Shown here: positions 1 to 13,207 of the stretch, one piece after another
How the letters are laid out: every line of letters begins with the position of its first letter
Position numbering within the stretch: position 1 is the stretch's first letter
Assembly: GCA_002633005.1 (NCBI GenBank)
Contig: NMRA01000133.1
Location: 68,380-132,379, forward strand
Origin: Phoronis australis
Lineage: Eukaryota; Animalia; Phoronida
DNA length: 64,000 bases
Direction: 5' to 3'
The notes under the pieces: generated by a model
Told to the model about the DNA's origin: nothing
Databases searched by the model: none
The model's input: the letters and a program-made list of their open reading frames with translations, nothing else
Program-made: the position numbers and the translations under genes

Positions 1-2308
1 ATTAAAGAAGGCATCGTCAATTTCTTTACTGAATGAAAAACGATCTACCTTTTGGAGTCATTTTCTATGAATTTAGACACAACTATTTTATATTTTTCAG
101 TCACCAAATATGTTGCTTCACATTACTCAAAAATACGTCCATCAACCACTATTATTCGACGTTTAGGAATTCAATTTCATCACCAGCAAAATGAAATAAG
201 GTCTTTGCAGTTCCTTTATGCACAGAATATAAGACGAAATGACTCGATTCTTTTTAAATTGCAACAATAACTTTGGAATTAAACACAACCTTCTTCTGCT
301 CGTGTCTCAAAGTAAAAGAACACAGTATTATTACACGGCCACTGATTCTTGTGTCCTGTTATTGGCCAAAACGTGCTACGATAACTTCCATTATGAAGTA
401 ATGTTGACCACGCTGGCCGTGGAATATCACTTTTTATTCATGCCGGCTGCGTGTCGGTCATTATCACATTTTCGGAGCCTGAAAAGCAACATACCGATTT
501 CAATGAAACTCAATAATCATGTAACACTCGGCCCATATTTGATTTGTATATTGTCTCTCAAGATCACGCATAGATTCATCACTACCTGAGCAATTCATTG
601 TCTGTCATTTGATTCGTATCAATATCCGATTTAAAATCAAAGTATATGGTGTCCATAAACGTCATTCTTTATCGCTTTCATTTGCATATTCCATTTAACT
701 CAAAAGTGGTTCGTTCTTTTTTCTTAGTTTTTCTGTTTGACGCACTTCTAAGAACGGCGATCGTGACGCGTCGCATGATTTTCAGATCAAAATGGTCAGA
801 CAAATCTTTCAAAACAAGTACAAATCAACGTCGACAAATTTGAATCCCTTGAAAGCAGATTGCCTGATTGACGCTAAGCCACTGTCTTTTCGTTGAACTT
901 TGACGGGTCTATTTAATACCGAGAACAAAAATGCGTAATTAAAACGTTCTCAAAGTGGTTGGCTTTCCTTTTCGTTTTCGTTGAACTTGATGAAACTAGT
1001 CATAACAATTAAAATTAAATTTCATAAAATATCTCTCCAAATTATGGTCTTTCAACAAGTCATAGAAGTTTTTCAAAAATGGAGAACGCTTACTTTAATT
1101 TGTGAACTTCTCCTTGTTGTGAATCAGGAATTCAGAAATTCAGTTTTCAGGGTGCCAAGAACACCCATATGCCATGCAAACCTTTGAAAATCGATAAAAC
1201 CGAGGTGGGCCTGAACTTTATGAAATGACTTTACAATAGCATTTCTTTCGGTTGAGGAAAATCACTTGACATTTCAATAAGTTAAAGGAAATTGTTGTCT
1301 TTAAATTCCAATTCGTGACAACTCGGACTGCAGAGCATTTTCGAAAATTTAAAGTCAATGCGTTCCTGTTAGCCATGACAATAGTATTCAAGACATGTAG
1401 CCGAAACGTGTAAACAGGCAAAGAAACTGGACGATTTTAATGACTTTTCCATTTCTCTAATCATGAGCGACAAGAAAAAGAGGTAAAAATCATTTCCGCT
1501 TTTTCACTTCACAGACAGACAATTTCGACATAAAAACGTCACAGTGTGGCGCGCTGAGCAGGTCAGAGTTTTAAAGTCGTCGAGACGGTTGTTAAACAAA
1601 AGAGCGATGCAGTGCCTAAGACGCAAACCATAATCATTCGCGTTATTATTATCAAGTCTTATTCCATTACGACTATACGGCTTAGGTCTGTTTGACCAAG
1701 ATATCACACAAATGGCTGCCTATCTAAATTAATGGCATATTTGTTTTGTTTTAATGTGGCAAAATCGGCGGCTTGAATCGCCAGTAAATAAGAAGATCAT
1801 ATTTGTTTCGTCTCGGAAATGATACAGACTCGAGTTTATGGCTTGGATAATGAGAGATAGTGCCGTAGAGTGCGATTAGAAGGAATGGCGGTGTGTCAAG
1901 CATCGTAAACCGTAGGAAAGTATTCTAGAAGTGAAAATTCCCAAATGGAAAAAATCATTAGACTAGAACGAGTTTGTCAAGAAGTTTAATTTGGTAATAA
2001 ATGAAGAGGTTCTGTGTGCTGTTGTCAAGTGTGGAAAATTCTGGAAGCTGGCCTGACTTGATTTCGAAAAAGACATTGACTAGCTCCACGTACGGTCCAT
2101 TACTTTTGTATAGAGCGACGTTTTCTCAAAACGAGTCTCGGTGCAAGTGCATCCATTTCTGAAGCGCTAGTGACATTTTTTTATTAAAAATTCATTCGTG
2201 AAATACTGGGAGAGTATGAAGCATCCCAGCTTGAATTAGATCTGAAGCTGAGTTTCGCCCTGTTTAGCTGGCTTAAAAGTGATAATCTAGTTACCGGTCT
2301 CATAACAA

Positions 2309-2494
2309 TCTTTACTGTGATAGAATTCTATTTCCGTTACCAACTTACGTTACAGGCGGCGCGTATGTACGCCATATTCGAATTTGTAATTTTAGGTTTA
2401 TCCAACCCCAATGAACTCTGAAGCGTTTTCTTGAGTCACTGACGGTTTTGATGTTCCTGTTGGTAACGGAATTAGAATCCTGTCAAGGTAAGGA
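2309..2494. mobile_element. MITE-like inverted repeat
   Basis: About 36 bp imperfect inverted arms TCTTTACTGTGATAGAATTCTATTTCCGTTACCAAC and GTTGGTAACGGAATTAGAATCCTGTCAAGGTAAGGA. Confidence 0.6.
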
Positions 2495-5400
2495 ACACTA
2501 TGACTCTGATTTTATGAGTGTAAACGACCTAATTCGATTTTCGTTGCTAGTCCGCCAAATATGGCTAAATGTAACATAAACGTTTTCCATCTCAGTTATA
2601 CGCAAGAGAACGGTCTTATCACATCGCTATTAGCCATTCCGTTGATATTGGTGAACTTTCGACATAATACAATAATTATATTTTCCAGAGGATATGACCT
2701 GAAGTTTAAAGAACTTCACCCGGAAAAGTATTCCTATTTAAAAATCGATGTAACTGAGTTGTGAACAGTTCATAGGCAAATAACATGCAGCTAAATACGA
2801 AAACAGACAGACAGAAATCGTAAAAGTGCGCCATCAGACGTGTTTTTTTGTTTTTTTTTATGAAGTTCATAAGAGAAGACTCTAAACACGACAAGACGTT
2901 TGAATACAGGTTGGAATGAAAAGCAAAACTAGAGACTCCTGGAAACTTAGACTTGGGTACAGTAGACTCAATAACAGCAGCGTGCAGCGGGGGGAGGGGN
3001 AAAAAACAACTTGTCAACTGCACGTTTCTCAGTTGCTTTTCTCCCACAAGACAAACCACGTCTCTATATTTGGTATGACAAGACCATAGAAATCATAATA
3101 TGGACAAGACATAGACGTCGCACATTTCCTTTACCTGGAAAACGCGACCTTTGACATTTCATGTAAGCAATACAATGACGACTTCAAGCAGCACTCAGCC
3201 CGAATAACTAGACTACTTTCCTGAGTCGTTTTTAAGGCATATCAGTTTTTTGCCTTATTACTTAACCACGCACTGTGTAATGCAGTAAAGTAACCATGGA
3301 AACGAAGCAAAAACGTTACACCAAAACATCTTACTCAGGTGAAGATATTCACCACTAAAACAGGATGCGTTCATTTCTCCACAGCCATAATTTCATTTCC
3401 AATTATCGTCGACCTCCTTATAAAGAGCGCACTCGACGGACTCATAAATAACAAGATCATGATATGTTCGATAATTACTCCCGGAACATGGATATCGCAC
3501 AAACAGTACATGACATAATACGCATTATTAATACCTAGAACAGGTTCCCTCTCGTCTGATAAGATTACAAATTTTGTTAATTACCGCATGTATTGACATA
3601 AGATAAAATAAATCTTTGTTTTCAAACTATAATAATTGTCCAACTGTTGTTATTCTCATACAGCGGCGGTAGTGAAGATTAGTTCGACTCGTTACGTAAG
3701 TCCAAGTCCGCTAAATTAAATGCACCGGCAGTTTATATAAATATCACCAGATTGTTTAACTAGTTTTTAAAGCTCCTTGGAATCAAACACATTTTAATCG
3801 GTCATTAACGACTTAACTGACAGCATACGAATTAGCCATAAACCATTACTCCAGACATCCGGGACAAAAGTCAACAAACGACTATTTCAAATTGTTACGA
3901 ATCATCTCATAGTTATTCCGATAGTTACTGAAGTCATTACCACGAGCAACAATCCTGTATTAAAATACAAAAATTGCATATTAGTATTATTATTATCATT
4001 ATTTTTATTTTAGTCACCGTCTTCGTGTTATCGTTATTTATATTTCTGTAGTTGTTATTAATGTTATTTACACCATCACTTTTATTTCTATCGCCATCGA
4101 TATTACGGTTTTTGTTACCGTACGATATGCGCGTATTTAGCTGAAACTCGCGCGTGTCCCTAAATACGCCCAAAAAGCCTACAGAACCTGCAGTATAGAG
4201 TTGTTGGTAATGACATCGCTAAAAGTTGTTTAAACGATCATTCTTATAACTTTTCCTCATAATCATTATCATAATTATAATATTAGAGCCCATTTTATGG
4301 TTGTCACAAACCATCACGAAGATAGTTGTAAAGTTATGCATACCTGCGACAATCTTTGTGAAACGCGACTCAGAAGCCGAAGGAGCCTTCCCCATTAGGG
4401 GTCGATACGGATGTGCCGGAAACTCGGGAAGCGGCTATTTTGTCCTTTCAGGTATGGTCTCTGGTTGGTATTTTAGCTTTGTGGCATCGACGGTTTTGTC
4501 GCAGGTGGGTAACAATACGGAAGTGGTGACCGGGCGAGGAAGGGGTCGGTGAAAGCGGTATTGTCTTGGGCAGGTTTTATTCAAAACGGTATTATCTCAA
4601 AAACATATTTTATCGGTTTCCCGGTACCCAAGTAATGTTGATCTGGATTTTGGGTGTGCGGCTGTCTAGCCACGGTGAGAGAACGGGAGCAACGCAGGTA
4701 CAAATGTGGTCAGTCGGTGCATAGTAACGTACAGGTATGCTTATTGTACAATATACATTACACACCCAGTAGTTCTGCTGTTGGCAAGGTGACATACTTT
4801 TGATGGCGCACGTATACACGCCACAAACAACAACATATAATATTTATTCACACTAAACATTACCAATTTATCTCACCATGTCGTATCAAGCAGATGACGC
4901 CACAAGCCCGCTACATCCGCCGTACTATCGAATTTCCTATCAACACACTTACACGCCTTCTCTATTCAGAATACGCTGCCATCCTATCACCTGTTAAAAT
5001 CCTATGTTTGACTATTGACTCGGATTCTAGTTTAAACTAAGTCCAATATTTAAATGTTTGCATTAAAATTTTATTATCCAGTTGCCGCGTTTCGGTCTTT
5101 TGTGACGTGGTTTCGAGTTTCAGCGGTTTCAGTCAATCCGGTACTGTCGATAAAAAACAACGAAACCAAGTCAAGGGTCTGAAGCAAAGAATTAAATTGT
5201 TTCTATTCGAGTTCACAGGTTTTGTATAATCGGTGCGATTTAAGCACTAATTTTCTGGGTTAATCGTATCAGTTAAACTAAAATGACGTAGAAAGGTTAT
5301 CTTTTCGTTAACACAGAGCATTACATCTCAAGGGTACGTAATTTTTTACCAATCAAGTCATTACACATATCCTGGTTTTGCTTTTTTAGAATTTGAGCAG

Positions 5401-8400
5401 TTCAGAAGATCACCATTCTTGCAGTGGAGCACTCGTAATCCAAGGGAAAATATCCTTCGAATATTTTACATACTATTACATCACACAGTTGAAATGTTAT
5501 TATTAGAAAGAAAAATGACGTAGCTTTGCTTCTAACGTACCTTACTTGGTAGCTAAACTTTATCAAAAAAGACATTGTCACGTGACCTAGTCAATGGTAT
5601 AAAGGCGTAATATCCAAAATTGAATTCTATACTTCCTACTTACATGCAAAACGTATATTTTTACTTAATTAAGTTATACAGGTATTTGGTTAAATACATG
5701 TTAACTTGGTGCCAGGATTACTTCCGGTTGTAGAAAGAACAGCCGGAGTGCACATATCCACCGTAACGACTTATCTCGTCGTATTTCCCTCGTCTCCTGA
5801 ACATCAGGCCTTCTAGCTGTGAAACAGCGACAAATAATCCCGTCACATGAATATTTCTTGAACCAACGTATATCCCTCCTATCGTTATTTACATTATGTC
5901 CTCGAGGTTATGGAACAATTATGGCTTCTTGAACTCCTAAACAATCTTGTACCAAATAACTTCAAAATGGTTTAGCAGTTTGATTATTAAACCTCGGAAT
6001 CTATTCACAACTTTAAATTAAAATTCTACAAAACAATAACGTTTCCCAGACAGAGTAAGGTTTTATTTCATTGCCGAAGCTATAAAGGTGACAAATGAAT
6101 TCGTATAGCCGACAGCTTTAATGAGACTTGCTCAAATTAACGCCTGGACCGCACTTAGGTGATTAAATGTGACTAATTGTCACTTTAATTGACGTTTTCA
6201 CCTGAGTGTTAGAGAGTGTGTGTATTGTCTTGATATTATTGTGAATCACGTGATCTACCAAGTCAAGCCAATGTTTTTTCTCTGCGTGATAAAGCAAACC
6301 GGTGCCAAAACAGAGAAAGAAGGCATCTCTACTTTCCTTTGAAAGTAAAAATATGCACCTCTTTCCTTTTAGCGGTAAAAAAAATCAAAACTAAGACTCT
6401 TGCCCCCAAAAAATGGTTTCGTTCGTTCGTTGCCATAATAGGAAATCATTTCCGTCGCCAAGAACAAAAAACTCTTGTCAGAAAATCATGGGACTGGCGA
6501 ACTCTTTCAAAATTTAATTGCTTCAATACAATCGTAGGTTATTTTAACTAAATCAGTTTTTGGCCACAGTAAGATTAAAAACCGGACGATCGACGCACAA
6601 ATAAAAAAGTTTATGTTCGATCAACGTTTCGTCTATTCATTAGACATCATCAGGTTATTTTTCATTGCAAATGAATATTGGATGCAATGTTATCGGGAGT
6701 GGGGAGATTTTTAATTCAATTTGATAGGCTTATACGGCAACTTTCTTGATTTCTCGGTTAAGCTAGCAACTGCACCTTTAATTTTATTTGCAATTTTGCA
6801 ACGATTCCTATATTTTTACGTGTACATCAATACTGCCTATACAAATAGATCTTGCGGGTCCAAAATTCTAAGTAAACTGAACCGTCTTAGAAGACTACGA
6901 TAATTTTTGGTAAGTAAATTCCTAAAGTTGCTATGTCATCTACAACCATAAAATACGAGACCCTTTTCTCCCCGGATAACGTGCCGACAGAAGTTACATA
7001 AAAGAGAAACACGTTTCAACAAAATAATCCTCGCAATGTATTCCTACGAACAGTAAACTGTTTCAGCTTTGGGTTCAAGTAAATTGTACACAGATGTACT
7101 TGTGTACATTCAAACGCTCCAATAAATGGAATATAAATTAAACGTTTGTTTTACGATTTATAGTGGTAGTTTCACGCAGATTATAATCTCTTTAGTACAC
7201 AGTTAGTCGACGCGATTACGCGAGAAGATGGCATATACAAAACACTGCGGGAAAGTAGTTCTGTTTTAAACAACTGACTGCAACTCTTGGGGAAGATATT
7301 TAGATTATCAAAAGTAATCCAGAACTGTGCAGTCGGCAACTTAGCACGGCAGTGATCGGTGGTTCTTCGTATTACGTAACTTAATGGCACGCATTAGCTT
7401 TTGTATACACTTGCAGTGGATTTTCGACAGCGAAAACAATTTCGATATAAATTCTGCTGTAAACGTTCAGAAAAATCGCGAAGATGATTTATCCATGGAA
7501 ACAGTTTTAGGATAAGCGCTTTTTGTTGATTGGTTTTAAATACTAAGTTGTCGAAAAAGACAGATTTGCAAATCTTTCTTCTTAAGCATAATTGATAACT
7601 TTCTGTGTCATTAATTAAGCATTTGATGCAAATCTGATACACTACTCATTTCAGACCAAAGATTTTTGAGTTCTTTGTCAAGGGTACTTATTAATATCAT
7701 TGAATACATTTTGAACACTTCATTAAAACCTTCCATGGAAATACTCACGCCCAAGACGGTAAAAAGCGTAATTCGGTTTTCATTTTTTTTTCGGCAGCCA
7801 GCTTTTGAACACGACAAAATGCAACTTTAATAAACCGTTTGCGGCGAAATCGGAAAAGCTACTTTTAGGGCTGGGAGTTATGACAGAAAAGACACCCTTT
7901 CGTAGAGAAAATTGTAGCGAAAAAGTTAATCATACTTCTAAGTGGCACCCCTCCCCCCTCCAGAGCCCAAGAAAATGCCCGTTCGAGGCTATTTTCGTAA
8001 ATTGTACTCGAGCCGGGCAGTACCAACCTTTTGTACGGACAACCCCTCCCCCGTCCAGCCAAATAAAAGCACCAATTCATGTCAAAGATAGTACTCGCGT
8101 CATGTCAATTCATTACTAGTCGTTTTTCCAGCAAAAATATCGAGCGTTGATTGGTTGAAATGGTTTCACATAACTGAACTAAAAATAAATGGGTCATTAA
8201 GACATTTCTTCTTTTGAGGTTGGATTACCACAATTTCCCAGTTGAGAAGTTGCACTCTGTGAATTCGTGATATAATTTACGATGAACAAATGGTTGTATG
8301 ACTGAATGATCATAAACAATGCCTATCTAAATTATTGCCTTTTATTTCACTTGAATAAATTCAGCGTCTAATAATACAATAACTCACAGCCGACAAAAAA

Positions 8401-9586
8401 TAAATGACATTTAGCGTCAATAAACTGACTCAAGAAATTTGACGATAATGAGTTGATATTTTTGGTCAACCAGTTTATTTAATATTTACTAGCCGTACTC
8501 GGGAGTTAATGGATTTGGTTGAAATTGGAACCCTTAATTAGAAGTAATGAACCGTTCTCACTACCAATTACTCTATCCGTGTCTACGATTCACACATGGT
8601 CGGACACAAATGTTGTTTCTATTCGACTGTTTTTGTGATAAGCAAACGACGTGAGATGAAAGGAAAACTTCTTACGCCAAGTAGTCACTTGATTTTTTGA
8701 CGCAAATCCAATCAAAGATACATAATATATCAGTAACTCGGCTAATCAAATTGTTACGTGCAATTTAAGACTAGCACAAAATCGCACGTGTAATTCATAA
8801 TACCTTCTGTTTTTTACAACTTAGATAATGCACAAAACGCATTGCTTCAAGCAAAACGTTTAAGTCTGTGAAAAATTAAATGGTTCATGACACAGATACT
8901 TAAAAAACACACAATTACGAGCACTGACAAAAAGAACGAACTTGAACAGTCACTGTGAACTGGACGTGGTTTGTGGATAACGAGTTACAGAGAATTAGTA
9001 CGGGGAATCTCCAAGACGTGGATATCTCTGAATGTTCATAATCGTTCAAATAAAGGCAACAGCATTCTGTCCCCTGCGCGGATTTTAGCTCTCATAGCAT
9101 TCATTCGTGGCTGTGTGGCGAATGGACAGATTTATTAGTTTAAAATGACATTTGTAAGTCCACCAGTGTGTTCTGCTATAAACCATTGGCGGGAATGTCT
9201 CGTAACTTTCAACACCATAACCGCATTACTCAATGACATTCCAACAACTAAAATATACAGATTCAGGGCCACAATCCACACCAGTTTTGTAACTTGAAAG
9301 ATTTTAAGAAACTTCATGGGTTGCAAGTCCTTCGCTCCAAAAAGCAAACAAAAAGTATAATACCATAAACCAATTTAAAAATAACGTTCTAGAGAACCAT
9401 GGCAATTATCATCACATTTTTAAATCAAATGAACAGTTCTAGAGACCTATTAACTCAAAAAGTTAGAAAGGCAGGATTCTGAAAATTCAAACAAAAAGTA
9501 ACTCCAGCGAACAAATCTAAATAATTACGATGACCAAAGTGTGAAAGGTGTAATGCAGTGGACAAGTCAAGTGAATCATACAAATA

Positions 9587-9592
9587 TTTATT
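9587..9592 (-). terminator. Candidate CCDC138 polyadenylation signal (AATAAA)
   Basis: TTTATT on the plus strand at the end of an AT-rich 3'UTR-like stretch, near the CpG-composition boundary; other AATAAA candidates exist. Confidence 0.25.
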
Positions 9593-10656
9593 ACTTTAAT
9601 AATAATTATTGCTATAACCAAAATATACAATTCTTCACTTATTTACAATGTTTATATACAATTATACAATTACTGTTCATGCCAATTCAAAGATTTTGCT
9701 GAATTAATAACCAGCAAATACATATATGTAACTCAGAAATGCCCAGTACATTTAACGAAACAAATTAAATTTTCTCCATTACCACAACCATGGCGATAAC
9801 AATAACAATATGTTCTATATACTGGTACATACCGGTACTCACTATGCTACCAGAGCTAAATCCTACTCCTGAATAGAGCATTTCAAGCAATGAAAAACTC
9901 ATTGGCCTCCTTTTCAGCAAATGACTGGCAGCCCACAGTGATATGTGATTTGTATTAAAATCTCTGTCAAAACTAAAATCTTCAAAAAATCTACCCCATT
10001 CACAAATAATTCTATAAATGTATTTTTAGCCCTAAAACCCAGTGTGAGCACAAAAAACAGGAATTTAATTTTATGTGGACAAAGACACACGACCAGAACT
10101 TGTGTGACCCTTAATATTTCACATTTTTATTCATTGCTTTGTAACCTGTTCTCATAACTCATATCCTTTCCATTGAACACCCTTGTTCATTTGATTTATC
10201 TTGTTGGTTGTAACTGACAATGAAATAAAACCTTACAAGTTAAACAAAGGAGCTCAGAACTGGCCTACTTTTGAGGGTAGATGAAGTCTTCTCAAACATG
10301 AACGAAAATAATGGCCAAAATCATTATTTTTTTGGTTTTCAAATACTCACTGTACTGCCAGTATGTTTGAAGTTTCATCCTGAGTTTCTTGATGTCAGTC
10401 TACTACATAAAATATTCAAAATAATTTAATAAAATTCTCTTCTTGTTTACTCTTGTTGAAAATTTTGATAAAATAAAATGTTATTGTTCCACCATATTGT
10501 GTCCTAGTTTGAACAAACTTTACTGCTAAGAATCTCTCATCACTGTATAACCAAAGTATATAATGTTTGACCATTAAGGACACACTATAGAACAAAAAAC
10601 ATGATCCTAGGCAATGCTCTTTGATATCTATTACTGGCATGAACAACTATCTCTAA

Positions 10657-10864
10657 CACAAATCTCACCAATTTAGGGCACAACATGGCCGACAAAATGA
10701 AATGTTATGTTTTCACTTTGTTAACAAAAGGTTATGTTGTCTATGCCATACCTACAATTCACAATGTTTCCAAGAAATAGTGGCCATCTAAGCTTTTGAA
10801 AAACTTAAAAAAAAAAAACAATTTCAGCCATTAATTCTTGTCTGAAATTGGTGAGAGTTTATCA
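10657..10864. mobile_element. Second, more decayed copy of the 35431-35674 MITE family
   Basis: AATCTCACCAATTTAGGGCACAACATGGCCGACAA ... TGTCTGAAATTGGTGAGAGTTTATCA, with shared internal sequence; a third partial right end lies at ~61665-61696. Confidence 0.75.
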
Positions 10865-11377
10865 TACTTCTGATACTTTTGTGTCTGAAGGTAAAATGCG
10901 GTTGATATTTTGATTTTTGTCTGTTTTTACTCAGTGATAGCTACACGACATGATGGTCAACCATCAGCAACATCAAGTAGGACACAACCAGACAAGTTGT
11001 TCCACCAAAAGGCCAGAACTGTTCTGGTTATAGTAGTTTCTTCTTCAGAAAACAGTAAGGCAGGAAGGGGAAATTTCATTATGAGCAAACACAAGATGAA
11101 ATTTAGAACCTCTTTGGCAATACAATGAGCATTTGAAAACTGAAAAAAAAAATTTCGGAAACTATTTTTGTTTGTATTAGAAGAAACTTTACAGGAAGTA
11201 TTAATGGAAAATCCCGTCTCCCCAATGCAACCCAATGAGCCTACATTTGGAATGTTTTCCCAGTACAGGGCCATATGCCTACCTTTGAGTGACAATTTTA
11301 CTGCTAGTTTCTAAAGGTTTGTAGACTTTCTGAAAATCAACAATGATGGTGAGTTTCAATCACATTTACAGTCAGTT

Positions 11378-11531
11378 CAGGGACGAATCCAGGATTTTTT
11401 ACAAAGGGGCGGGCAGAATTAACGATTTTTTAAAAAGCGGGGTCCAAGTCAACAATTGGAAAATTCGATATCACTAAAATCATGGAAAAAAGGAAGGGTC
11501 CGAACCCCTTGACCCCCTGGGTCGGCCTATG
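11378..11531. mobile_element. Decayed MITE of the CAGGGGCGGATCCAGG...CCCTGGATCCGCC type
   Basis: CAGGGACGAATCCAGGATTTTT ... CCCCTGGGTCGGCCTATG; related ends at ~38034-38152, ~36238-36256 and ~22771-22786. Confidence 0.5.
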
Positions 11532-13035
11532 CAGTCATCCAGTCAGTCAACTGACAAGCCAAGTTTTTAACCATTAGGTTAGGAATGTATTGCCAACTAG
11601 ATAGTCATCCATCACAACTTATTCCAAGATGCATTTTTCGTTCATAGACTCACCATTCCAAAGGGTATGACCTGGCTTACTTTTGGTACAACAAAGGTAA
11701 AAATGTATGGCTTTTCGAATACATGCCCTGGTACTTATCATACTATCCCAATAACAGACTTCTCACAAAACACAAAAATACATAAAAGGCTTCACAATTG
11801 CAGCACTGACCAGTCATTCTAATTTTTTCTCCCAGTCACAATAACCATTTTATTGCTCGGGTACACTTATAGAAACAGGTGCCTGCACTACACGTCTGCC
11901 TATAACATCATTACAAGTGAATTGAGTAATGCATGTTTAACGGCTTCGTTTCATCCAGTTCTTGGAAAACCACAATCCTCGACACATAGAAAAGATTGTT
12001 TTTTTAATTACTCACGCGGAAAAGTAATACCGCCACAATCATAAGTCATTGACACATATCACAATTTTGTGAAATCTTTTAGCCCATGCCGTTTCCATAG
12101 TTACTGTTTCCGGGCAGCCATCCTTACAAGTTTCAGTTGACAGTTGTCAGAACAGGCAGATAAATCTGCCATGGTGAGGTAAACCTCAATACATATCACA
12201 GTTTTACATTTACAAGCCCAGCTGAATAGTTGCCCATTCGGTATAAACCAGGACAATTTTCCAGAAATATGACCAAGGCAAACACTTATGATAAAATATA
12301 CATGGCTTCTGCCAGTTTCACAAGAAGTGATCAACTAAACCATAATAACCAAATAAATTTTTTATGGCATAACTTGTTGCCATGCAACCTTTCAATGAAT
12401 AAAAAATTAAAGTTACATTATTTTCATGAAACGAAAGTCAAATTTTCATTTGACAATAAGCTTTAGTAAAGATACAACTGTGTATTTTATTAGAGTTGCT
12501 AAATATACAAGCAGGCAAATATTCAAATTTGACTTTTAGTCCGGAAAATGCTATCTGCCGAAAACCGGGCCGGGCTTTTGTCTGGGAAAATAGAGTAGGA
12601 GGCAAATACAGACATCTGTTCTATTTCCTTGACAATTTCCCTTTATTCATCTACACTCTACAGGTCTGTTCCTCCGAAATACTAGACAGTGGTTTCTCCA
12701 TGGATACCAAGTACTTTAGACTCAGGTGACACAGTTATTGACATTTCTCATTGGACCATGTTTATGTGAACAAGGAAGGCTTGTCTAATTCCAGACATTG
12801 AATATTCTACTGTATGGCTGTTTAAAACTATTCTTAAACAGTTACAATATTCAACTATTGAATTGGAAGAATCTTAAACATTATAGGGTGGAGATTACGC
12901 AGGTCATCGTTGTTTCAAAAAGGAATTTTTGGCCCTGAGATAGAACTTATCGCCATTTGCAAAGGTACCACACAGAATGGGAAAATCAAAAAGGTGAATA
13001 CTTGAAATGTTCCGCTAAACACTCGGTGTAGGTCC

Positions 13036-13207
13036 TCAGTATACTGCCGCACTCGCCCTCAGATTGTCGCCCTTCTCTGACGACTTGAGATTGTACAGAA
13101 TCGATTTGAGATTGAGCGCGAGGAATGTGTTCTCCGACCCACATGTGCGCAACAGCTCCTGAATAGTCGACGTCAGGCTGAATACCTCAAAGTACTTCTT
13201 GTTCGAC
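13036..13207 (-). CDS. CCDC138: CCDC138 last coding exon (SNKKYFEVF...ASAAVY*)
   Basis: gtttcag acceptor; phase 2 completes the Arg codon; TGA stop at 13038-13036. Confidence 0.9.

Noticed and set aside
7181-7817. Chain of minus-strand ORFs as a gene or decayed transposon ORF
   Set aside because: No recognisable motif or consistent splice structure.
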